Assembly (NCBI GenBank): GCA_951406725.2
Contig: OX597814.1
Span: 162,936,001-163,000,000, forward strand
Source: Octopus vulgaris
Lineage: Eukaryota
Direction of reading: 5' to 3'
Length of the DNA stretch: 64,000 nucleotides
Of this stretch, positions 1 through 13,389 are shown piece after piece; within the stretch, counting starts at the first letter, position 1; each line of letters opens with the position of its first letter. The notes below the pieces were generated by a model. It had not been told where the DNA came from, searched no databases, and worked only from the letters and a program-made list of their open reading frames with translations. The position numbers and the translations under genes were made by a program.

Positions 1-779
1 ATGACGACGACGATGACGTCACCACTATCACTATCGAGAGAACCGCCATCAATAGCACCACCGCCACCACCATCTACACTACCACCATCAATACCACTAC
101 CAACACCACTACCACTATCAGCGGCAACAACAACGACTAACATACCACTGGAATTATCTGATCATGGTGTTGTTATATTATGTAGACGATTTCACATTTC
201 GGATTACAGAGCCAGAAAAGTCCTTCAATCCTTAACTATTGTTAATCCAATACTAAGCTTATTTGTTAAATCAACCAACACTGAATATTACTTACAACAT
301 CTGGGATTGTGTTCACTGCCACACACATTCTGGATAGCAATCCATCGATCAGATTGACTGGGAAAAAAATATTTTCTCAGGGACGCCTGTTGCATGAGAG
401 GTTATTTATGAAGTGCTTCTTTATTAACAACCAAGATTTAGCAGAGTCGTTAGCGGGTTGGAGAGAATGCCTCACAATATTGTTCCGGCTCTGTATATTC
501 TGAGTTCAAATTCCACCGATGGTTAACTTTGTCCTTCATCTTTTCAGAATGAATAAATAAAGCACCAATGTATTCGTCTTTTCTCCCCGTCCTCTCTCTT
601 TCTCTTCCCTCTCTCACTCTCTCCTCTCCTTACCCTTCTATCTTCTTTCCCTCTCTCCCTTCCCTTCTCTCTTATTCTCCCCTCTCCGTCTCTTTCTTGC
701 TTTCTCTCGGGAATAAATCGACCATGTTCAAACCTAGATAGAGAGAGACTAAGGTTTAAAAAATGTCCAAGTTGCAGCG

Positions 780-998
780 TACGAGGAGGCACTGAAAAGT
801 TATTGACTTTGAGTAAAAGAAAATACAGGAGGATCAGTTAATTATGATTTTATTCAACATATTCCCCTCCCGTATTTACGCACATTGCAACGACCCTTCA
901 GTTTTTCTAATCCCTATAAAAGAACTCGAAAGGTAGGGCCTCCAACAAGGCCTTTCGCGACACCCTTAAAGTCAGGAATTTTTCAGCACTCCTTCGTA
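780..998. mobile_element. mariner-derived MITE
   Basis: Imperfect ~30-bp TIRs TACGAGGAGGCACTGAAAAGTTATTGACTTT / AAAGTCAGGAATTTTTCAGCACTCCTTCGTA, bounded by TA; no ORF. Confidence 0.7.
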
Positions 999-1041
999 TT
1001 TCACGACAACGTCCCTACGACTCCATCAGGAGTTACGTACC

Positions 1042-1459
1042 TATTTCTTTACTACCCACAAGGGGCTAAACACAGAGAGGACAAACAAGGACAGACAAAC
1101 GGATTAAGTCGATTATATCGACCCCAGTGCGTAACTAGTACTTATTTAATCGACCCCGAAAGGATGAAAGGCAAAGTCGACCTCGGCTGAATTTGAACTC
1201 AGAACGTAGCGGCAGATAAAATACCTATTTCTTTACTACCCACAAGGGGTTAAACACAGAGAGGACAAACAAGGACAGACACACGGATTAAGTCGATTAT
1301 ATCGACCCCAGTGCGTAACTGGTACTTATTTAATCGACCCCGAAAGGATGAAAGGCAAAGTCGACCTCGGCTGAATTTGAACTCAGAACGTAGCGGCAGA
1401 CGAAATACCGCTAAGCATCTCGCCCGGCGTGCTAACGTTTCTGCCAGCTCGCCGCCTTT
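1042..1459 (-). mobile_element. tRNA-derived SINE family A, full copy plus duplicated 3' body, with one TSD
   Basis: A/B-box head (TGGCAGAAACG...GTTCAAAT), core GACTTTGCCTTTCATCCTTTCGGGGTCGAT present twice; 16-bp TSD TCAGGAGTTACGTACC at 1026-1041 and 1460-1475. Confidence 0.9.
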
Positions 1460-1845
1460 TCAGGAGTTACGTACCCTTGCCTTCTTCACTACCTATTGCT
1501 ATCAAGTTTATTTATTAAGTATTTAAACTATCTTCCAACAACGGTCTTCAATAATTTTTGCCTATAGAGTTGTATTTGGTTTTTCTTCTTCTTTTTTTTA
1601 CTGCTTGTTTATAAAAGTCGCTGTAACCCTGTAAACACTTCTATATGAATTATATTGGTTTCTTTGTTTGTCACCTTTCTTTCACTCTCACTGAGTTACT
1701 TCCTGCTCAGAGGCTGCACCAACCGCTTTAAAGAACAAATTTTGGATATGATGCTTAAGAGACTTACGAAGAATCTTAAGATAGAGCTTTTTGTATCATG
1801 CTTCAGCTAACTAGAAATAACATCCATATCTCCCTCATACCACAC

Positions 1846-2075
1846 TGAGCTGGCAGAAACGTTAGCACGCCGGGCGAAATGCGTAGCCGTATTTCGTCTG
1901 CCGTTACGTTCTGAGTTCAAATTCCGCCGAGGTCGACTTTGCCTTTCATCCTTTCGGGGTCGATTAAATAAGTACCAGTTACGCACTGGGGTCAATATAA
2001 TCGACTTAATCCGTTTGTCTGTCCTTGCTTGTCCTTTCTGTGTTTAGCCCCTTGTGGGTAGTAAAGAAATAGATA
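1846..2075 (+). mobile_element. SINE family A
   Basis: Near-identical to the copy at 47775-48005; tail ...TTGTGGGTAGTAAAGAAATAG. Confidence 0.9.
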
Positions 2076-3909
2076 TTTCAAACAAAGGATACATTGGACA
2101 ATGTTTTTCCTGCTGTACAAAATGACAGAATAGCTATCATGGCTGAATCGTCTTTGATCATATATGTCAGCTCGATCAGATGTGACCGGGGGCTAAACAA
2201 CAAGAATAACGAAGACAACGACGACGGCGAGACAACAACAACGATGACAGCAGCGGTAGCAGCGACGACAAGGAAATATATAACGGGAAGGAACATTTAG
2301 CAGAAAAGGCATATTAATAGGAGAAGGTCACTTTACACGCTATATCTTCGTGTTATTATTGTTTCCATAATTCTTTATGAAGTAAAGTCCATTTCTAATG
2401 CTCTAGCTATCATTTTACTTTCGTTGATGTTTTCATATGTTCGTCTCTTTTATCTGGGTTACACCGGATATTTTACATTTAGTGTAAAACGATATGTTGC
2501 AAAAATATCATATTGATATTTGTTTGGCTGGAAGCAATTTGTATTGAAGCTTTACTTCTATAAAAGCATCAAATGTTTTAGTTTTCTTGTTTTGAGAATA
2601 TTTTTTTTTCTTTTTTGATAAGTCTCACTCCCTCTTTTTTTTTTCTTTCTATGCTATTTCGTATATTATTACCTAAGCTTTAGAGCGAGCACTTGCAAAT
2701 CTTGTGGGTGGTTAAAGGTCACGCGTTTAATTGACCATAGATTGATTGTTTGTAACTCGGAAACCGCAAATTAGTCATCACTACACGTTCGTAGTAATAC
2801 ATATTTTCTCTTTTTTCCTTTTTTTTTTTCTTGTTTTGCTTTTTTAAACGACACAACAGGGATGTTCTCTATGTAGATATGAGAGAAATATTTAATCTGT
2901 ATAAAAGAAACTTACAGCATTAGAAGACAAGGCTTAGGCTGACAACGCCATCTGTTATACCTATTAGCAAAGTTCCTGTGGTGAGTTTGCGGCATGTTTT
3001 CTTGTAAATAGATGTAATGCTCCAATTTAAAAGGAGGAGATTTTGATACTAATAAAGATGCGAAAGAGATTAAAACGTTTTCGTAGGCGGAGATATAGAT
3101 ATGTATAGTTTCTATTTTTAATTCTGCATACAAAAAACGTTTCCTTTGAAGTCGGTTTACAAATCCGTAGCTTTCTTCAAAGAACCTCACTGAAATGAAA
3201 ACATCAGCTTATTGGTTTCATGCAATATTAGAAAATAGTTTGATCCCCAAAGATAATAGTGACATTTCCCCCCAAAATCAACCGGTTAGTAGTGTCATGA
3301 CTAAAGGCTTTGTTTTGTTTAATAGAACTATGGCAATATGGTTGAATGAAGTTGACCATTCTTTATTGCAAAGCCACAGAGAGGCGATGTTACACTCAGT
3401 ATTAAAAGCTGACCAATCATTTTATTGAATTTTCTTTGTTTACGACGGTTATTTCTCCTATACTATAATACATTGTACTGGTCTTTTTGAGGTAAGTGTC
3501 TTGGCTAGAGACAAAATGCAGAGCCTGTTAATGGATTATTGGTTAGTTGTCCATTATTCCATCCGCTCAGCCTGCCATGTTCTCCCCTACAGCTATAACC
3601 AATACAATAAAAACCACAACTGATATTACGTGTTTGTTATTTGTATTTGACTTCTTTTTACCAAGTTAATGTCTCTAAAAAAGTTATATCACAATTGCGA
3701 AGATATATAGGATATTCACTTAACAAAGACTATATGAGCTGTGTAATTTTGATAACACATATTCACACACACACATATATATATACACACGCGCGCACAC
3801 AAACACAAACATACACTCCCATATGTACTCGGAGCAGCGGCATATATGATTGTCGTTGATTTCTTTTTATTATTTCATTTTTATTCATTGTTATTATTAA
3901 AGCAATGTC

Positions 3910-4545
3910 AAGCAGTAAACTGGCTGAATCGTTAGCACTCCGGGCAAAATGTTTAGCGGCATTTCGACCGAATTTACGTTCTGAATGCAAATTCCTCCAA
4001 GGTCGATTTTGCCTCATATCCTTCCAGGGTCCATTTTTCCTCTCATCCCTCTAGGGTCGATAAAATAAGTACCAGTTAAGCACTGGGGCCCATATAATCG
4101 ACAAGAACCATCTCCCAAAATTCTAGCCCCTGTACCTATTGTAGAAAGAATATTAAAACGGTGATGTGACAGAATCGTTAGCGCATCGGACAAAATGGTC
4201 AGCAGCTTTTCTCCTAGTTCTTTACGATGTCAGTTCAAATTCTGCCGGGGTCGACTTTGCCTTTCATCCTTCGGCGTCGATAAAGTGTCAGTTGAGCACT
4301 AGGGTAGATGTAATCAACTTTCTACACACCTTAAAAATATTTACTGGCCTTATGAGAAAAATAGAAAGAATTATTGATAAGGCAGCGAGCCGGCAGAATT
4401 GTTAGAGCACCGGACAAAATGCTTAACGACATTACTTCCCGCCATTTTACGTTCTGAGTTCAAATTCTACCGAGGTCAGCTTTTCCTTTCATCTTTTCAG
4501 AGCCTTCCTGTAATTTCAGGCCTTGTGCAAATAGCAGAAAGAATT
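3910..4545 (+). mobile_element. cluster of older, diverged SINE family A-related copies
   Basis: Three successive degenerate heads/cores (GAATCGTTAGC...GTTCAAATTC...CTTTCATCC) with an alternative tail (...GGCCTTGTGC). Confidence 0.75.
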
Positions 4546-7500
4546 ATTATTTTGACAAATAAATATACTACAATGTAGATTATTAGTAAAAGCTTCATAG
4601 CAGAAAGCAGTCTAGCAAAGCTAGTCTATGGAGGTAGTATATAGTAACCCTATATTATACCTGAAACTTAAACGAATGTAACTGAGAGTGTGTTTACAGT
4701 ACAGTAACGAAGTTGTATTAGCTGAAACAAAAAAGTTCTCTTTCATAAAGGTAATTAATTCCACCTTTCATATTGTAAACCGGGATGCTTTCTCCCCAGG
4801 AGTGTAACTAGCAGTATTCTCCAGTCTTAATAGAAATTAACTTTGAAGCACCGAAACGAAATTCTTCATACTGTCAATAATTTCCTTACTTGTCTTTTGT
4901 AATTACTGTAACATTGCTTTATTTCTTTTAATCTTTGTTATTCTTCTGTCCTTCATCAGGTCTACGTTTGATATACTTCAGATCAAACTTTGTTATTCAC
5001 ATCGTATAGCTTTGTTAATTTCTAAGTTTTTATACATGAAGTTTCTGTGTATAGTTCTTGCCCAAGGCATAACAGTAATCTGATGTTCTTCTCTTTTCTT
5101 TTTCAGAATGCTCTGTTTAAAAGAAAGTGGAAAAAATAGATAAATAAAAACAAATATAAAATGTCATCATTAACTGCAATTCAATATGGAAACAATGGAA
5201 AATTTCAAACCAATTTATCACACGAAGAATACTGATTTTATGTGAGTCAGACATAATATACTATTATTATGACAACTAATGCAACGTGTTGGTAGGATAT
5301 TTAGCATGCCGGACAAAATATTTAGCGACATTTCTTCTGGTATCACATTCAGAGTTCAAATTCCGCCGAGGTAGACTTACGCACCAGCTGAACACTAGGT
5401 CATTGTAATTGATTAACCGCTCCCCTTCCCCAAAAATTTCAAGCCTTGTGCCTACAGTAGAAAGGATTATTGAGACCAGTGGATAGTAAGGATGGCCAGT
5501 CTTTGTAGTATTTAGATGTCTTTATTTCCACACATTAAGTACTGAGTTCAAATGTATATCAGAATCAGCCTTAAGTCTATGATGCACATATGAATAACTA
5601 AATATATAAAGCCCATTATTTATGCCTTTTCTTGTATATCATTCTGTGAAAGAATAGCATATTAAGTCGGTAATGCAACCATGGATTTACAATGTCAACT
5701 GGTGATGGATTTCAACTTCGGAGTCTTGCCTTAGGTATACCTGTAGAGCTATACAAATCAGAAAACCTTTCGTTAACCTGGTCTACTTGTAACAGCAGAA
5801 AGCTCAAGAAGTATTTTGCCCGGATTGATAATTTCATAGATACAGAGAGAGGGAGCGAGAGAGAGAGAGATGATGATGATGATGATGAAGATGAGGGTAA
5901 GAAAGAGAGTGGAAGAGAAAGGGATAGAGAAATGAGGGAGAGAGGGATAGACAATGATTCAAGCAACCAGATAAACTTTAGATTTTAATGCACAATATAT
6001 ATATATATATATATATAAGAACGAAACTGCAGTCTAAGAGGAACCGAGTTAGTAAATGTTTTTATCTTCACTTCACTAAATTTATCTAGCTTCTGTGTTT
6101 CTAGCACATATTTCGCCTCTTAATGTACTGATATATGAATAATATATGGCCCGTGCTAGTTTCACCAGCGTTAATAATTATTTTTATTTTATCGCAATTT
6201 GACTTGTTTATATATATATATATATTCTTGTATATATACACTGGCACTAGTGTCTGCAATAAGAATGCAATAATGGTTTCAAACTTTGGCACAAGTCCAC
6301 CAATTTTAGGGTAAGTGTTAAGTCGATTATATCGACCTCAGTTCTCAACTGATACTTTCTTTTATCAACTCCGAAAGGATGAATTGCACAGTCGACTTCG
6401 GTGTCAATTAAACTCAGAATGTAAAGAGCTTAAAGAAATGCAGCTGAACTGATCTTTCGAGTTCTGAGTTTAAGTCTCACTGGTGGCAAAATTGTTTTTC
6501 CCCAATCTGGAGTCGATAAAGAACTGGTGAAATACTGGTTCGATATTCTTCTCATTTTCTGCAATCCTCTTAGAGTCGGTTATGCTGTGAACAGGTTATG
6601 GAGAACTACTCGTGTCCTTACTCCCAAGAGAAAGACGTTGGCTGACGTTGGGGTTAACAACCTCTTCTGGTCAAACATGCCACGAAACTCGTCCAAATAA
6701 ACTAGAAGATGTAGTGGATGGGAACGGACCAATGGCATTCAGCGAACAGTTAAAGAAGCGGTGCAAAACGACTGGTTTAGTAGTAATAATTCTGATTCGG
6801 GAACCAGGGAGCAATTTTAAGCGGAATGGATTAAGTGATACCATCGGCTCCAGTACTAGACTGGTAGTTTATTTCATCCACCAAGTTGATTCGTAAAGAC
6901 CGAAAGAGATGCTACTAGGTATTTTTCGACGCTCTTACGATTCTACTTGCTCGCTGCCTTGACTGGTGTAGTAATAATAAGGGAAAATAACTTTTGTTAA
7001 TGATTTCAGTAAAGTGAAGGGACTGTGCTTTCAGCTTTTCCAGATCCTAAGAGAACGATGTAATTAGTATAGACATGAAAGAAAAAAACAAAAAAGAATT
7101 TCAGTTTGATGACGTTCTGGAACAGAAAGAGGAGATAATAGTCATTACAGTGGAGCAAAAAGGTAAAATAGGTTTGTAATAACAAGGGAAAATAACAACC
7201 TCGCTCCATTCAGTTAAATGGCTGGCATACGGTATAAAAAGAAACTATGTGTTCGCTTGAACCACTGGTAATAATAGCCAAACTTCCCTAAAATAAAACA
7301 CAGTTGTCTTTAAAAAAGAAAGAAAGATCACATTAGTTATGGAATTCTTGATAACACTAAAATGCGGAATGGCAGCGACAGAAACACTTTTGATCATAGG
7401 TCAGCTAGCGCTCAAAGAATCTTGCTGAATAATGGTAGGGAACAGAATATAAGCAACAGGTGTAGAATGATATTTGCCGGCTTTTGAGCTTACTGAATAT

Positions 7501-8299
7501 ATAAAAGACATAAGCCTATCTTTTATGTTAGGTCGCACAACTTAACAGCATGAGTAGAACCTGCTGGAAAATCAAATTAAAGAAGAAAGATGACTAGCGA
7601 AAAATGAAGTTGTGTTCAATATCATGAACATATAGAATGTGGATAACATTGGTTGATTTATTGATCACGTATATGATAAGATAGGACTGGAAAAAGATGC
7701 AGAGTTGATATTGTAATCTTCTCAAACGTAAGCTGCTGTCAGATAAAATGTCTAATGCCAAGGAAAAGGCTTATAAATATATGTTATACACCACAGTATT
7801 GTTGACGTCATATGTAAGGAAGGTTGCAAGAAGCATCAAATCATTTTTATTCATCGTGAAAGTTCATTTCTTGCATTGACACAAAACCATAATCGTTTCC
7901 CAGTATATTTCCGATACCTGTTTTATTGAGCCTCAGAGTGGGAACAAAAAAAAAGGATGATGTATGCGAGGTTTGACCTTAGAACATAAAGAAAAGCAAT
8001 TAAATGACCTAACTTGAGAACTTTTGCATTGCTTTTCGGTTTGCTGGAAAAAAAGCAGCCAAAGAATCATCGTATCATTCCCAGTCGTCTTAAATAAAGG
8101 CGGAGACATTGGACAATATAATTTGTAATTCCAGAAGACAGAATAATTGTTGCTGAAACGTATTTAGTCACAGTTCTGCTCGATAAAAATTGACAAGAGG
8201 CTAAACAACGGAGCTAAATTCCGCGAGTGATTTTGTATGGTAACTACTCCGCAGTTTGACCATCCTTGACTATTGGTATCATAATCTTTCCTATAATAA

Positions 8300-8970
8300 G
8301 CATAAGGCACAAAATTGGTATCGGTTGACCCCAACTGATATTAATTTTAATGCTTCGAAAAGATAAGTCGACCGCTGAGGAAATTGAACTAAGAACGTAG
8401 AGATTGACAAAATGCTGCTAAATATTTTCTACGGCGTGCTCACGATTCTGCCTACTTACCGCCTTATCCGTTGGTATCGAAATAAAAGTTGATAGCACAA
8501 AGATGAGAAAGTGACGTGCTGGTAGAGTCGTTAGAACGCTGGACTGAATCGTTATCACGCCGGGTAAACTGCTTGGCGACGTTTCGTCCGTGCTTACGTT
8601 TTGTGAGCAGATTACGCCGACGTCGATTTTGCAGTTCATCCTTTCGGTGGGTGATAAGTACCCATTGATCATTGGGGTCAATGTATTCGACTTACCTCTT
8701 CCCCACGAAATTGCTAGCCTTGTGCCAAAATTTGAAACTATTATTACAAGAGTGTGAAAGGCAGTGAGCTGACGGAATTAACACACCGGACAAAATGCTT
8801 GGTGCCATTTCGTCCGTCTTTACATTCTTAGTTCAAATTCCGCCGAGATCGACTTTGCTTCTCATCCTTTCGCGGTCAATAAAATAAGTACCAGCTGAGC
8901 ATTGGAGCTGATGTAATCGACTTAAAGCGCCCTTTAAAAATTGCTGGCCTTGTGTCAGTATTTGAAGGCA
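8300..8970. mobile_element. cluster of diverged SINE family A-related copies (one minus, two plus)
   Basis: Degenerate matches to the family A head and core; tail TTGCTGGCCTTGTGCCAAAATTTGAA. Similar old copies at ~435-575, 5285-5470, 6250-6440, 11990-12260, 48175-48320, 50920-51135 and 54900-55060. Confidence 0.7.
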
Positions 8971-9055
8971 ATTGTTTAATTTAAAACAAACAGAAAAATA
9001 AAATCGAAATTTAAGAGAACTTGATTCTCAGAAAGTTGAATTAAACGAAATAAAT

Positions 9056-10209
9056 GGATCTTTTCTAAAAGATGGACAGAATTTTCTACTTAACTAAATA
9101 ATTTGAAACTTCGTATACTGGTAGAATGTGTCAAAAAAAAACATTAATTTCAATTAGTTTTTTTGAGAAAAATGTATTTTGTAACTTTTACGTAGTTTAA
9201 TTCTTCGAATTTTAACCAATCGTATTCTCTGTTTTGAGCTCAATTCATTTGCTGCCGTATTATTCATCCTTATCACTGTCTTCTGTTTTCTGTCTTCAAA
9301 GGCTTCTCGCATGTTTATTTCAATGTCATCCCTGACTTACGGAACGATTACCTGTGTGTGTGTGTTTTTGTTGTGTATGTGTGTGCGTGTGTGTGCTTGT
9401 TGTGTGTGTTATTGTTATGTATGTGTGTGTGTTTTTTTTTGTTGTGTATGTGTGTGTTATTGTTGTGTATGTGTGTGTGTGTGTGTGTTTTGTTGTGTAT
9501 GTGTGCGTGTGTTGTGTATCTCTTAAATCGAGACACACACCGCCCAATAAAAATATTAACGATATCAAAGTTTAAAAAATATCGTTAATATTTTTATTGG
9601 GCGACGAAATTCATCGATTTAAGAGATACACAACACACGCACACATGCACAACAACAAAAAAACACACACACACACACATACACAACAAAAAGACACACA
9701 CACACATACACAACAATAACACACACACACACAACAAACACACACACGCACACACATACACAACAATAACACACACACACACACAACAAACACACACACA
9801 CATACACAACAATAACACACACACACGCACACATACACAACAATAACACACACACACACACACAACAAACACACACACACACACATACACAACAAAAAAA
9901 CACACACACACGTAATCGTTCCGTAAGTCAGGGATGACATTGAAATAAACATGCGAGAAGCCTTTGAAGACAGAAAACAGAAGACAGTGATAAGGATGAA
10001 TAACACGGCAGCAAATGAATTGAGCTCAAAACAGAGAATACGATTGGTTAAAATTCGAAGAATTAAACTACGTAAAAGTTACAAAATACATTTTTCTCAA
10101 AAAAACTAATTGAAATTAATGTTTTTTTTTTGACACATTCTACCAGTATACGAAGTTTCAAATTATTTAGTTAAATAGAAAAATTCTGTCCATCTTTTAG
10201 AAAAGATCC
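9056..10209. mobile_element. foldback MITE with GGATCTTTTC termini and 8-bp TSD (Merlin-like)
   Basis: Almost wholly palindromic around ~9570; ~295-bp near-perfect outer arms; TSD AAATAAAT at 9048-9055 and 10210-10217. Superfamily inferred from GG termini plus 8-bp TSD. Confidence 0.85.
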
Positions 10210-10578
10210 AAATAAATTATTTAGCCTGAGGAAAAAGACCAATTCTCAGAAAGACTCCCTTTGAGATCCTTGCAGCAAATGTTTGGAATTCTTCAGGTGA
10301 TTGAGGGAAAGAAGATAATCTAAGTTATGATGGGGATGAAGCAAGTCCTTAATATAAAAAATAATTTAAGTAACTAATATAATTAGACCGCTTTACTTAA
10401 GTTATCTGCATATTATCTCTCATATGAATGACACAAATACATTTTTGTATTTCTAAAACCAGTAACACAGATATATTTTGCTAATCTTGTTGTAAACTGG
10501 CACAAGTAAATTTATATTTAGTTGGTGACATCGCTGTGTAGTTAAGAAGATCGATTTGTAACCACACACATACACACA

Positions 10579-10621
<43 letters not shown>

Positions 10622-10777
10622 TTTACTTGTTCCCGTCATTAGGCTGCAGTCACGCTGAAGTACCGCTTTAAAGAATATGAGTCGAACGAATCTATCCCAC
10701 TACTTATGCTTCAGTCCGAAACTATAGTAGAATATACTCGCCCAAGGTGTCATATAGTGAGACTGAACCCGAGACCA

Positions 10778-10866
10778 TGTGTGTGTATGTGCGTGCGCGT
10801 GTGTGTATGTAGCGCGTGTGTGTATGTAGCGCGTGTGTGTATGTAGCGCGTGTGTGTATGTAGCGC

Positions 10867-10949
<83 letters not shown>

Positions 10950-10995
10950 TGTATGTATGTATGTATATGTATGTATGTATATATATGTATGTACG

Positions 10996-11028
<33 letters not shown>

Positions 11029-11060
11029 ATATATATATGTATGTATGTATATGTATATAT
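10778..11060. repeat. compound microsatellite (16-bp GTGTGTATGTAGCGCG unit, (TA)n, (TATG)n)
   Basis: Direct inspection; representative of many such tracts in the window. Confidence 0.95.
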
Positions 11061-12534
11061 TTACTCTATCAGAAACACCCATCATTGAAGAATAAAAGAA
11101 TACTTCTTTTTCTACAAGTTCTTGTATACTTCTCTTGGAAGGAAGGTCTGACGTGAATCAGGGTTCCTTCACTCCCAGTGGTTCACAACCATAATAGATG
11201 CTAATGCTCTCAGAGCAGAACTGAGAACGATAGTGAGTAAGAGATGATGCAGCACTCCTCAAAAACCTGGGACTCCTGTAACAAGGCCCCAAAAGCGAAA
11301 GCAGCTTAAAGTCTAACCTAGGACATGCATACATGAATACATGTGTTGTGTACGTATGTGCATGCGTGTGTGAGTGTGTGCGTGTGTGTCTTTGTGATTG
11401 TGTTTGTCACCACTCCATCGTCAGAGAAACGGGGTTAGTTTTTGTACATCCCCGAAACCTAGAGATTCGGCAGAAGTGAACGACAGACTAACTACCAGAT
11501 TTATAAATAAGAGCTAATGTCGATTTGTTCGACTAAAACTCTTTAAGGTGGTAAGCCCAGCATGACTGTAATAGTGCAATCCCTGAAACAGGTAAAGGCT
11601 AAAAGATGAGAGGAGTCAGTGAATTTTAATAAATAAGTAATGGTAGTTCATATTCGGCATCTGGACATTTTTTTCGAGTCTCTGCTATTGTGTACACACA
11701 CACACACAAACATACACACAGACACACACATACACACACATACACACACATACATACATGCAAACATTGACATATATATGTATGTATGCGTATGTGTAAG
11801 GTGTTACTGGACTTTCCAATGAAAGTAAACAATAGATTACTATATTTAAAACTTCAATAACCTGTTATTTTATTATCATTATCTGTGACGGAGTTTAAAT
11901 TATTCTACAATTAAGTAGTGATGATAAGAGATAATTTCAGTTATCGTTATATCTCTGATAAATGAATGACCTTGGACTAAATCGTGTAGGCGGTAAATTG
12001 GTAGAGTCATTAGAGCGCCAAGTGGAATGACTCGCAATATTTGTTCTGGCTAACGCGGTGAGCTGGCAGAATCGTTAGCACGCAATTAGCGGCATTTCGT
12101 CCGTCTGAACGATCTGAGTTCAAATTCCGCCGCGGCCAACTTTGCCTTTCATCCTTTCGGGATCGATAAAATAAGTACTGGTTGGGCAATGAGGTCGATG
12201 TAACCGACTTAGCCCCTTCCCCGAAACTGCTGGTCTTGTGCCAAAATTTGAAAGCAATATTTGTTCAGGCTGATTGTGTTCTGTGTTCAAATTCCATCAA
12301 GGCCAAACATTTCCTTTTTATCTATCGGAGGTTTGATAAATAAAGTACCTGTGAAGTACTGCGTATCAGGGTAGTTATGTCCGCATGGATTAAGAAGTTC
12401 ACCGCGTAACCAAATGCGGTTCTTGACTCAACGCGAGTGTGCGGCACCTTGGATAAGTGTCTTCCAGGGCGTCAGAACTACATGCTAGTGGAATTTCGTA
12501 GTTGGAAAGTGTTCGAAAGTATGTAGTGCGCATG

Positions 12535-12624
<90 letters not shown>

Positions 12625-13389
12625 TGTGTGTATCTATCTATCTATCTATCTATCTGTGTGTGTGCGTGTGTATGTATATATATATATATATATATATAAT
12701 AAAAATGGATTATGTGTTTGTGTGTGTGTGTGTCTGTCAGTCCGCCTATAAGAAGAAAAGTTACAGCGTTAATATAAAAACTAAAAGCTAATTCTTGTGT
12801 AAAACTTCACGACAAAGACAATGAAAGTGGTCTTGAGTCTCTAGCGGCCCTTCGAAAGGACCTACTGGCCCTTTTCTAAAATGTACAAAATCGCATTTCG
12901 AAAATAAATGAAGGGTCTACGTGAGTTAATTTTTAGTGGATTAACATACTACTTGCAAATTAAAAATAAATAACCTGCCTAAGGGACATAATTTTTATAG
13001 GATTACTATATTCATTTTATTTCGAAATACGGTGAAGCACTATTCCGTAGGTATGCCATGTGTAATATAACGAAGTAGCTAATAACATGTGGGTGGGGAA
13101 TAACTTTAATAAGCTCCATTACTTCATATTGCTATATGTATGAAACAAAGGAAAGACTGGACCAAACGAGAAAAATAAATAGTTTGTCATGAGAGAAAAA
13201 AGTTTGTACAACGAATAGAAAATTCAAGGTGAGAATCGAAATCATTAGAGTCGTAATACAATGAGGAAACAAGGCGGCAAAAGCCGAACTTTTAAAAATC
13301 AAGTGAAGTAGCATATGGTGTTACAGGAGAGAAATTACGTTTCATCGGCGACTGTATTTGCAATGTAACTTTTCGAAGTAAAACGAAAA

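Noticed and set aside
4935-4970. Isolated CTGATGA/CTGAAGA matches (also ~32119, 39960, 47250, 54820)
   Set aside because: No stem II, GAAA and NUH in the required arrangement.
5107-5240. Possible plus-strand exon with AG/GTGAGT boundaries
   Set aside because: Contains only a 24-codon ORF ending in a stop, with no homology; such signals are expected by chance in AT-rich DNA.
6590-6700. Possible twister ribozyme in an RTE-5'UTR-like remnant
   Set aside because: Too degenerate; conserved twister core and pseudoknots could not be paired.
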